A DNA stretch of 59,610 nucleotides from an uncultured virus (IMG/VR IMGVR_UViG_3300020578_005267) (taxonomy: Duplodnaviria > Heunggongvirae > Uroviricota > Caudoviricetes). The DNA is taken from IMG/VR virus record IMGVR_UViG_3300020578_005267, one strand, 5' to 3'. The translations under genes were made by a program, and so were the position numbers. Shown here piece by piece: positions 49,520-57,409 of the stretch (the first letter of the stretch is position 1; every line of letters begins with the position of its first letter). The notes under the pieces were generated by a model. The model ran no database searches and was not told the DNA's origin. It saw nothing but the letters and a program-made list of their open reading frames with translations.

Positions 49520-51526
49520 TTATGCTAGATCCTTAATTTTCGGAGAAGCCCCTCTCTCATAGGAGTTTACCACTTTAGCAACTAAGTCCCCCGTCCCCCA
49601 AGTTTCTAAAGACGGACATTTGGATATCTCTGAAGCACCACTATCATTTTTTAACCCTTGAACAATACAAGAGTATCTTCCATTTCTTAAAGTTTTTAGC
49701 GTTGCAACCATACCGTCCTCTTTCGAAAGATAATTTTGTACCCCTACTTTGTTCATGTTTGTAGAACCTGGTAATTTCCAAGTTGTATTGAATGGGTTAT
49801 TTCTTCCTCCTTTACCTTCCGCTTGTCTCCACGCGTATAAAAATTTTAGATTTTCACTTGTAACAGGTGCATCTAATTCTTGTAACAATCTCTCATAGAA
49901 ATTTTTATCTGTAATATTTCCTGTATCTATTTCTTTTTTTGTTTGGATTTTTGAGAGATCATTTTCTGAAAAATTTCTTATCACCAACATGGCTGCGAGA
50001 TATCTTAAATCAAATCCATCGATTTTTCCATCTGATGAAATGGAAACTGATTTTTGAAATTCTTTGGTTGCATTTTCTGTTTCAGGACCGAACTTTCCAT
50101 CAACTCCCCATTTTGGTAAGGAAAATCCTAAAAATTGTAATGCGGTTTGAATTGCTTCAACTTCTTTCTCGTATTTTATATTTTTCGGATAGTACTGAAA
50201 AGACTTATTTGTTTCAGCAAGCCTAATCAATTCCTGTATAAAGTTTGATTTTCCAACAATGTTAGATATTTCTTCATCCTCACTGAATTTTTTACCATAC
50301 TTACCCAACTTCTGTCCTTGAGCACATTTTAAACTTCCATCATCATTCAAAAATTCTCTTATATTGTGCCCCCATTCTATTCCAATGTGAACATGATCAT
50401 ATGAACTATTTGGGAAATCCATCACGTATCCTAACAATTGACCACATTCTACTTTACTACCCTTTCTAATTTGTACTCCTTTTAAATGAGTGTAGTATAT
50501 GTCAGGAAGACCATTATCGCTATCAATTGTGAAGCTTTGACCATATAATTTTTTTCCCTTTGTTTTAATTACATCATCACCATAATCGGTAAATGTTTTT
50601 AACGTACCCCCCGCCAGAGCAAAAACAGGATCTCCGACAGATGCTTTAACATCCCATGCGTTTGCTGAAGCCCATCCACTTTGACCGGCATGTGCCCCAT
50701 CCTTTGGTATACTCATATTCTCACCTCCAAGTAAATGTCCACTTGAAGGTGCTTCTTGTAAAAATTTAATTATACTTTCTTTCAAAGATTGTTCTATTGA
50801 TAATTCTTGATCTACGTAATTGTTGTATGTATTAAATAATTTTTCAATCATTCCGTTTCTTCTTAGAAATTTGAAAGTAAGATTTTCATAAGAAAGTTCA
50901 CCCTCTTTTTCCAGTCCTGATTTTCTATATTCTTTGAGTTTGTCTTTTAAATCCCCAATCATCTTTTTCCCTTTTTCCAAATCATCTTTATCAAGTGACT
51001 CTAAAGCATTTTCGATTTTTTCATTCCAGTTCTTCACTTTATCTTCTATGACAGACTTATCAATTTTATTTTTCATCTTTTCAGGTCTATTAATCCACTC
51101 ATCATCCATAACTGAATAAACTCCTGAACTATCATGTTTCTCATCGTCACCCTGAGCATATAACTCTACATCATATCCGAAGATTTTGATGTCGTGTTTT
51201 TCGTTAAAAAGTTGTTTTTTTAAATTAAATAACTCTTTGTAAGTTTCCTCATGTTTACCAAATTTTTTCAAATCTACAATAACATGAAGATCAAAGTCTG
51301 AATATTCTGACCAGTTGAAGTTTGATAAAGATCCTGTTAGAGTAATATCTTCAACAAAAGCATCTTCACCCAAATAATCAATGAATTGGTTAGCGATCTT
51401 CATCAAACCCTTTCTGACTTTGGGTTTCATTTTAGATTTTTTTGGATCATCAGAATTCTCCCAAATTTTTGGGTTAAGGGTGTCCCTCAGTGTAAAACTG
51501 TCAAGTATTTTTTGGAAATTACTCAT
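49520..51526 (-). CDS. Multidomain protein: Pol-beta-type nucleotidyltransferase, M23 peptidase, peptidoglycan-binding domain and lysozyme-like domain
   Basis: TGSLSNFNWSEYSDFDLHV (GS...DxD); H...WDV...YYTHL...DHVHIG (M23); IQTALQFLG...GVDGKFGPETENATKEFQ (PG_binding_1); AWRQAEG...NNPFNTT...QNY (lysozyme-like). Confidence 0.7.
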   Translation of the reverse strand: MSNFQKILDSFTLRDTLNPKIWENSDDPKKSKMKPKVRKGLMKIANQFIDYLGEDAFVEDITLTGSLSNFNWSEYSDFDLHVIVDLKKFGKHEETYKELFNLKKQLFNEKHDIKIFGYDVELYAQGDDEKHDSSGVYSVMDDEWINRPEKMKNKIDKSVIEDKVKNWNEKIENALESLDKDDLEKGKKMIGDLKDKLKEYRKSGLEKEGELSYENLTFKFLRRNGMIEKLFNTYNNYVDQELSIEQSLKESIIKFLQEAPSSGHLLGGENMSIPKDGAHAGQSGWASANAWDVKASVGDPVFALAGGTLKTFTDYGDDVIKTKGKKLYGQSFTIDSDNGLPDIYYTHLKGVQIRKGSKVECGQLLGYVMDFPNSSYDHVHIGIEWGHNIREFLNDDGSLKCAQGQKLGKYGKKFSEDEEISNIVGKSNFIQELIRLAETNKSFQYYPKNIKYEKEVEAIQTALQFLGFSLPKWGVDGKFGPETENATKEFQKSVSISSDGKIDGFDLRYLAAMLVIRNFSENDLSKIQTKKEIDTGNITDKNFYERLLQELDAPVTSENLKFLYAWRQAEGKGGRNNPFNTTWKLPGSTNMNKVGVQNYLSKEDGMVATLKTLRNGRYSCIVQGLKNDSGASEISKCPSLETWGTGDLVAKVVNSYERGASPKIKDLA

Positions 51527-51547
51527 CTGATATAAATACTCAGTGAG

Positions 51548-51790
51548 CTAGAGTTTTTTGTAAGAAAACTTTTTAGCTATTTCACTCATAAAAAACTTAC
51601 CCTGAGATTCAGCCATTCTGAATTTGGTGTAAGTTGAGTGAGGTACATCGCTATATTCGTAAATCAATCCGTTATTGAATTCACAAACTAGTGATTTTAG
51701 TTCTGTGTCGTATGTTGTTTTACTAATATTTGATGACACAATCTCGTTAATAATTTTAAATCCGTCAATCGTCTCTTTTTTTACTGCCAT
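51548..51790 (-). CDS. KTSC domain protein
   Basis: VSSNI...YD....L.CEFNNG.IYEYSDVP...Y......SQGKFF...I motif. Confidence 0.85.
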   Translation of the reverse strand: MAVKKETIDGFKIINEIVSSNISKTTYDTELKSLVCEFNNGLIYEYSDVPHSTYTKFRMAESQGKFFMSEIAKKFSYKKL

Positions 51791-52079
51791 TTTCTAAAGG
51801 GGTTATAAGATTAATTTTATTCATTATTGACTGTAAATAAAGCCGAAAATCCTCATCCCGTACTTCGAAACCAAAGGCTCGAAGTTGTTTTTTTAATTCA
51901 CTGATAAGCATCCCTATTTCATTTCCGATTTCAAAAATTCTTTCGGGACCAGAACTTATATTTTTTAATTGTTCCTCAGTGTATCCCAACTCTTGGAACA
52001 TAATTCTTAACTCAAGATATTTTTGTAATATCTCTTGAGCCGATAAAGTATCTTCAACAAATTTTTTCCAATTATCCAT
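51765..52079 (-). CDS. Hypothetical protein
   Basis: ATG at 52079 lies downstream of a hairpin; the longer ORF start runs through the hairpin. Confidence 0.55.
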   Translation of the reverse strand: MDNWKKFVEDTLSAQEILQKYLELRIMFQELGYTEEQLKNISSGPERIFEIGNEIGMLISELKKQLRAFGFEVRDEDFRLYLQSIMNKINLITPLENGSKKRDD

Positions 52080-52092
52080 CAATGTAAATACA

Positions 52093-52119
52093 AATCCCCC
52101 ACTTTTTAGGTAGGGGATT
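52093..52119 (-). terminator. Hairpin, probable terminator after hsp20
   Basis: AATCCCC/GGGGATT stem. Confidence 0.5.
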
Positions 52120-52139
52120 CGATCTTGAATGAGCATTTA

Positions 52140-52535
52140 TTATAAAATCGAAATTTTCTTTTTCTCTTGTTTTTTAAATCCTGGAATAAATACAGTCAAT
52201 AAACCGTCTTCGATTGTTGCTTCGATTAATTCTAGATTATGGTCTGTACCGAGTTTGAATTGTTTGTTTATGGATTTGTAAATTTCTTCCCCGTTCATCT
52301 TATATTTTCTTTTCCCTTGAATTGCCATAACACCGTCCTCGATTTCAACTTTTAAGTTTTCTTTGTTAAATCCTGGCGCTTCGAATAATAGGTAAGCTCC
52401 ATCTTTAGTTTGATTAACCTCGTAATTGTTTTCGCTATCTGTTTTAGAGATTACAGAGGTTTTTGAGTACGTGTTAGGATTTTGGTTGAATAATCTTTCG
52501 AAGATTTCATTCAAATCGTTTGGTCCGTAAATCAT
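52140..52535 (-). CDS. Small heat-shock protein (Hsp20/alpha-crystallin)
   Basis: EAPGFNKENLKVEIEDGVMAIQG...F.L....IEATIEDGLLTVFIP motif. Confidence 0.85.
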   Translation of the reverse strand: MIYGPNDLNEIFERLFNQNPNTYSKTSVISKTDSENNYEVNQTKDGAYLLFEAPGFNKENLKVEIEDGVMAIQGKRKYKMNGEEIYKSINKQFKLGTDHNLELIEATIEDGLLTVFIPGFKKQEKKKISIL

Positions 52536-52604
52536 AGTAGTTTTTTTTTTAAATTTATTATTTATTTAATAAATTATCAATATTGATGCCGTCTTATTTG
52601 TGAT

Positions 52605-52677
52605 GACAATTTGATTGTTTAAAATTAATCAATAAGACAAATTGACAGAAAAAAAAATAATTAAAGACAATTTGTCA
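52605..52677. promoter_or_regulatory. Three phased GACAAWTTG quasi-palindromes between divergent hsp20 and clpC (putative operator)
   Basis: GACAATTTGA at 52605, GACAAATTGACA at 52636 and GACAATTTGTCA at 52666; 30-31 nt spacing. Confidence 0.5.
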
Positions 52678-52730
52678 AAATAATTGTTTATGTCCAGATT
52701 TTGATACATCTTTGAAAAAAAATATCAAAT

Positions 52731-54740
52731 ATGAATGATCTTATTGATGACGAAGAAAAAATGATGAGTAAGAAAAAACAGACCTCTGATAGTCTAACAC
52801 CTGTATTAGATAATTTTAGTAGAGACCTAATCAAATTGGCAGAACAGGGAAAACTGGATCCTGTTATCGGAAGGGATAAAGAAATTATGAGAATTGCTCA
52901 AATTCTATCCCGTAGAAAAAAAAATAACCCAATAATTGTTGGTGAGCCTGGTTGTGGTAAAACTGCAATTGTAGAAGGTCTCGCTATGAAAATTTATAAT
53001 GGTGAATGTCCGAAGAATTTGATTGACAAAAGAATTGTGAACCTCGATATCAACTCAATTGTTGCTGGCACAAAGTATCGTGGGCAATTCGAAGAAAGAT
53101 TGAAGGTAATCATTGAAGAGCTTCAAGCTAATCCAAATGTGGTTGTTTTTATAGACGAAATCCACACTATTGTAGGTGCTGGTAACGCATCGGGTTCATT
53201 GGATGCATCTAACATCTTCAAACCTGCTCTTTCTCGTGGTGAGATTCAGTGTATTGGTGCGACAACTTTGGATGAGTACAGAACCAATTTTGAAAAAGAC
53301 GGAGCACTTGAAAGAAGATTTCAAAAAATTACGGTGGAGGGTGCTACAAAAGAAGAAACATTACTTATTTTAAAAAACTCGAAAGACAAATACGAGTCTT
53401 TTCACAAAGTAATATATCCCGATGGAGTGTTAGAAGCTTGTGTTAAATTAGCTGACCGTTATATTACTGATCGTGAGTTTCCCGACAAAGCTTTCGACAT
53501 TCTTGATGAAGTAGGTGCTCGAACTCAACTTGAAATGAAAATTCCAGTGGCTATTGAGGAGTTGAAACAAAAGGCTTCTGAGATCAAACAACTCAAAATG
53601 GACGTTGTTAAAAAACAGAATTACGAACAAGCTGCAGAACTACGTGACAAAGAAAGAAAGATTATTGTCAAACTTGAAGACGCTAAGAGAAAGTTTGAAG
53701 AAGAATTGTCTCAATCGAAAAAAGAAATTTCTTTGGAGTTGGTTTATGAAGTTGTTTCCTCAATGACTAAAATCCCTGTCTCAAAAATGTCAATTGACGA
53801 TACTAAAGCTCTTGTCAATTTAGATTCTGTTCTAAAAGACAGAGTCATCGGCCAAGACGCCGCAGTTCTAAAAATTGTAAAATCAATTCGCAGAAACAGA
53901 CTTGGTATCAAAGATCCAAATCGGCCTATCGGTTCTTTCATTTTCTTGGGGTCTACAGGTGTAGGTAAAACACATTTGGCTAAACAACTCGCAAAAGAAA
54001 TCTTCGGTACGGAGGACTCTCTAATCCGTGTTGACATGAGCGAATATCAAGAAAAACATACAATCTCAAAATTAGTTGGTGCCCCCCCTGGTTACGTAGG
54101 TTACGATGAAGGTGGTCAACTCACTGAACAAGTCAAGAACAAACCCTACTCCGTAATTCTTTTCGATGAGATTGAAAAAGCTCACAAGGACATCTTCTCA
54201 GTTCTTTTACAAATACTAGACGATGGTCATGTCACTGATAGTTTAGGAAGAAAGATAAATTTTAGAAATACCTTAATCATCATGACCTCAAATTTAGGTG
54301 TGAAAAAACTACAAGATTTTGGAACTGGTATTGGATTCAATTCTTCAAAATACGGTTCTGATGAGCAGAAAAAGGAAATTCTTATAAAAGAAATGAAAAA
54401 TTTTTTCTCTCCTGAGTTTTTGAACCGTGTTGATGATATTATCACATTCAACGCATTGAAAGAAGATGATATTAGAAAAATAACTGAGATTGAAATCAAA
54501 AAATTAATTGTTCGGCTCCATGAAATGAACTACAAAATATCATACGATCAATCTTTAGTGGATTACATCTCCAAAGTTGGGTATGATGAACTCTATGGGG
54601 CGAGACCTCTAAAAAGAGCAATCCAAGACAAAGTAGAGGATTTGGTTTCCGAGGAGGTACTCAAAGGTAATGTAAAGGAAGGGACACAATACAAAGTTAT
54701 CGTGGACTGTGAAGAAATAAAACTAAAGAAAGGAAAATAA
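52731..54740 (+). CDS. clpC: ClpC-type AAA+ ATPase lacking the N-terminal Clp-repeat domain
   Basis: Two AAA modules ([16 protein letters not shown]), KYRG and GYVG pore loops, UVR middle domain ([11 protein letters not shown]) and IGF ClpP-docking loop; begins almost directly at [11 protein letters not shown]. Confidence 0.85.
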   Translation: MNDLIDDEEKMMSKKKQTSDSLTPVLDNFSRDLIKLAEQGKLDPVIGRDKEIMRIAQILSRRKKNNPIIVGEPGCGKTAIVEGLAMKIYNGECPKNLIDKRIVNLDINSIVAGTKYRGQFEERLKVIIEELQANPNVVVFIDEIHTIVGAGNASGSLDASNIFKPALSRGEIQCIGATTLDEYRTNFEKDGALERRFQKITVEGATKEETLLILKNSKDKYESFHKVIYPDGVLEACVKLADRYITDREFPDKAFDILDEVGARTQLEMKIPVAIEELKQKASEIKQLKMDVVKKQNYEQAAELRDKERKIIVKLEDAKRKFEEELSQSKKEISLELVYEVVSSMTKIPVSKMSIDDTKALVNLDSVLKDRVIGQDAAVLKIVKSIRRNRLGIKDPNRPIGSFIFLGSTGVGKTHLAKQLAKEIFGTEDSLIRVDMSEYQEKHTISKLVGAPPGYVGYDEGGQLTEQVKNKPYSVILFDEIEKAHKDIFSVLLQILDDGHVTDSLGRKINFRNTLIIMTSNLGVKKLQDFGTGIGFNSSKYGSDEQKKEILIKEMKNFFSPEFLNRVDDIITFNALKEDDIRKITEIEIKKLIVRLHEMNYKISYDQSLVDYISKVGYDELYGARPLKRAIQDKVEDLVSEEVLKGNVKEGTQYKVIVDCEEIKLKKGK

Positions 54741-54768
54741 AAAAGGGGGTCTAAACCCCCTTTTTTTT
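54739..54768. terminator. Bidirectional Rho-independent terminator
   Basis: A6-GGGGGT-CTAA-ACCCCC-T8 between convergent genes. Confidence 0.85.
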
Positions 54769-55606
54769 AATCCCATAATCTACCAATTTTTTGTGTGGGT
54801 ACACTTTTCTTATAGTGTAACTTGTATCCTAAATTCTCAATCATTTTTCTACCCATATTGATTCCATTGAAAACATCTTCAACAACGACATATTCATTTT
54901 GTGAATGATAGTCGTAATAACCAATAGAGAAATTGATACAAGAAAAATTGAATTTAGATCTAAGAGCCCATACGTCTGTATATGGGTGGGTCATATAATC
55001 CATGTCAGCATTTACCATACCTTCAGTCAATACTTGATCACACACTTTGAAAAATTCTGAATCTCTGTCAAACAGTTGTTGTCCAAAACATCTTTCTGTA
55101 ATCATCCAATTTTCGGGTGCGTCAAATTGAATGACATACCCCACATCTTCGAAAAAACTATCATTAGCTTTTTGTGACCCGTGACAACCAGTTTCTTCAG
55201 AAGCGAAAAATCCTGCTTTGAGAAATGGCATCTCTTTAAGTAAAGTTAAACAGGCAAAAACACCAGCTTTATTATCACCACCTATTCCAATCGGTAGACC
55301 CTGATTACTGTATGCTTTATAGGCTAATTTTATTTCTCCTTGTGCATTTGGAAGTTTTTCTTCACGAACATTGATTGTGTCTATGTTATGTACTGTGTCA
55401 GTGTGAGCAACAACACAAGGGTAATAAAATCCTTTAGGAACCTCACCTGTTTTTTTTGTAACGTAAACGTTGTGACTTTTATCTACTTGGTAATCTAAAC
55501 CCTCCTTTTTACACCAATTGATGAGATATTTGACCATCTCACCTTCTTGATAGGTTTTGGTTGGGACACTCAAGACAGATTTTAATAACTGTAAATCTTG
55601 ATTCAT
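54767..55606 (-). CDS. M20/M28 family metallopeptidase
   Basis: AHTDTVH, GGDNKAG, SEETG, QFD and YH metal-ligand motifs. Confidence 0.75.
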   Translation of the reverse strand: MNQDLQLLKSVLSVPTKTYQEGEMVKYLINWCKKEGLDYQVDKSHNVYVTKKTGEVPKGFYYPCVVAHTDTVHNIDTINVREEKLPNAQGEIKLAYKAYSNQGLPIGIGGDNKAGVFACLTLLKEMPFLKAGFFASEETGCHGSQKANDSFFEDVGYVIQFDAPENWMITERCFGQQLFDRDSEFFKVCDQVLTEGMVNADMDYMTHPYTDVWALRSKFNFSCINFSIGYYDYHSQNEYVVVEDVFNGINMGRKMIENLGYKLHYKKSVPTQKIGRLWD

Positions 55607-55622
55607 TAGTAAAAATTTACTA

Positions 55623-55654
55623 CAAAGGTAGGTAAAGTTTTACACATCACCAAA
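55623..55654 (-). promoter_or_regulatory. Bacteroidota primary-sigma (-33/-7) promoter
   Basis: TTTG-N20-TACCTTTG on the minus strand, 16 nt upstream of the peptidase ATG. Confidence 0.7.
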
Positions 55655-56683
55655 AGGTGAACCAAATAATTCTGGTTGATAGAGTAATTTGTAAAAATTC
55701 TCCTCAGAAACTTTTCTTGATATTGATTTCAAACCCTTTCTTAGAATCACTTCAATTTTCATATCATCTTTATCAAAGTCCTTAATTCTAAATGTTGCCC
55801 CTTTTAAATTGGGTAATTCATATACAACACCAACCTTGAACTTCTTGGTAATTCTATCGTAAAGTTGTACAAACTCAATTATCCTGTCATCTTCCTCAAC
55901 TCTATCTTTCATTTTATCAATCTGCCATGAAGCTTCTCTGTTAAAACTCTCTTTGTCAAAATTTGAATTGTAAGCCCATTCGTAACTCTCTTCAGACCAA
56001 TTCCATCCGTGGTCCTCATCGTCAAAAATCGATTCGAATAAATCTTTGAAATTCAACCATATCTTACCATTTTTCACGTATAACATTATCAATTGGCCAA
56101 CTGTGGTAGAAATTGTATCCCAACTACGAACAACCTTGAATTCGTTTTTTTCCAAGACTTCAGATAACTCTTCATCAATTACACTTTTTGCTTTTTCTGC
56201 TGCCGATCTTTCGATTTCCGAGCTGTAATCACCAACTATATTGGTCGTTTCTCTTGTGAATACCTTCATCATTATTTCTGCAGCTCTTTTATTTGTCGGT
56301 TCCTCAGAGCCGAGCTCTTCGTAGTTAAATGCGGGATCAACATTTTTCAAAATGTATATTAGTGTATCGAGATTTTCATCGGATAGAACATTAAAAATAT
56401 TATACCCTTCTAAGAAATCATTAATAACTTGAGACTCATCCAAAAAACCCCAATTTTGATTTGGTGAGAAAATATTGTTCACGAAGTAGATATCGTCATG
56501 TGAAACTCCCAATCTTTTCAAAAGATCATCGTCCCTTTGAAACTCGAATTGTATTTCAGTCAGTCCCTTAACTGAATTTTCAACAACTCTGTACACCATA
56601 GGATCGGCTCTTTCAATATCGTACTTATCTGCCTGTCCTCTGACGTATTTCCTTAATGTTTGAAATAATTCACTTGATGCCAA
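55640..56683 (-). CDS. Hypothetical acidic protein
   Basis: 347-aa ORF with TTG start; TATTTATA 14 nt upstream. Confidence 0.65.
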   Translation of the reverse strand: MASSELFQTLRKYVRGQADKYDIERADPMVYRVVENSVKGLTEIQFEFQRDDDLLKRLGVSHDDIYFVNNIFSPNQNWGFLDESQVINDFLEGYNIFNVLSDENLDTLIYILKNVDPAFNYEELGSEEPTNKRAAEIMMKVFTRETTNIVGDYSSEIERSAAEKAKSVIDEELSEVLEKNEFKVVRSWDTISTTVGQLIMLYVKNGKIWLNFKDLFESIFDDEDHGWNWSEESYEWAYNSNFDKESFNREASWQIDKMKDRVEEDDRIIEFVQLYDRITKKFKVGVVYELPNLKGATFRIKDFDKDDMKIEVILRKGLKSISRKVSEENFYKLLYQPELFGSPFGDV

Positions 56684-56714
56684 AACAATGATTTTATTAT
56701 AAATATAAATTTCG

Positions 56715-56746
56715 TTTGGATTAGAAACTATTTATTCTTACCTTTA
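56715..56746 (+). promoter_or_regulatory. Near-consensus Bacteroidota promoter for the tmRNA
   Basis: TTTG-N20-TACCTTTA, 20 nt upstream of the tmRNA 5' end. Confidence 0.5.
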
Positions 56747-56766
56747 AAAAAGTTATTTGAAATTAT

Positions 56767-57186
56767 GGGGATGAATGGAATTGATTGGTGTGTGTAGTTA
56801 TAAGTGGCACGTAGGAGCTGAATTAACTCCTTAAAAACTAATTTGAAACGTAAATGGCGAAACTTTCGCTAAACTTTCTGCTATCGGTCTTATCCGTGAG
56901 GAAAGTGTTGTTGCAGCTTAATAGTTGAGAACAACGTCGGGTCGGCAAGGACATATAACCTAGGAACAGAAGTCCATGAGGTCTGACAAATACCACGTGA
57001 TTAAGTTCAGAAAATTTGTCAGGAGGTGTTTTCGGTTCAATCCGACTTAATAGGAACCGACCACATTTGTAAGTTTTGATGGAAAAATAAGAACTTTCTA
57101 TTTGTTGATTGAGAACCAATCAAATAAACGTGTAGTCACTTATAGGTATCGCAAACAAGACGCGGGTTCGAATCCCGCCATCTCCA
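56767..57186 (+). ncRNA. ssrA: tmRNA (SsrA); tag ORF 56856-56921 encodes GETFAKLSAIGLIREESVVAA
   Basis: Acceptor stem GGGGATG/CATCTCC-A with G3-U70; T-arm GCGGG-TTCGAAT-CCCGC; helix 2 TATAAGTG/CACTTATA; PK1-like GGAG/CTCC; tag ORF ends AA with tandem stops; CCA not encoded. Confidence 0.9.
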
Positions 57187-57199
57187 CAAAAAAATTTTC

Positions 57200-57234
57200 A
57201 ATGTTTATCAGAGTGTTATATTCTGTTAAACATT
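57200..57234 (+). terminator. Hairpin downstream of the tmRNA
   Basis: AATGTTTA.CAGA / TCTG.TAAACATT stem. Confidence 0.45.
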
Positions 57235-57249
57235 TCTTAACATAGATGT

Positions 57250-57278
57250 TTGACAACTTGGAGGATTAAGGTTATACT
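57250..57278 (+). promoter_or_regulatory. Sigma70-type promoter
   Basis: TTGACA-N17-TATACT. Confidence 0.45.
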
Positions 57279-57409
57279 TATTGGAGTATTGAATAGGAGA
57301 GATAGTTTGTGAAACATTATTTTTACCAATCCCATATAGAAATTAAACAAGTCCCGTTGACCTCGTGTCGCGGGATTTCTTATTTATAAACCAATAAACA
57401 AAAAAAAAC

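Noticed and set aside
285..56228. Numerous 60-140 aa ORFs nested in or antisense to larger genes
   Set aside because: They overlap well-supported genes, have biased shadow composition and lack their own initiation context
56838..57119. 93-aa minus-strand ORF and the short ORFs at 57992-58234 and 58694-58912
   Set aside because: They are antisense to the tmRNA and the TonB-dependent receptor and have no recognisable motifs
57160..57190. tmRNA 3' end as a prophage attachment site
   Set aside because: No integrase and no duplicated tmRNA 3' fragment seen in the window, and the phage-type motif continues downstream; cannot be fully excluded
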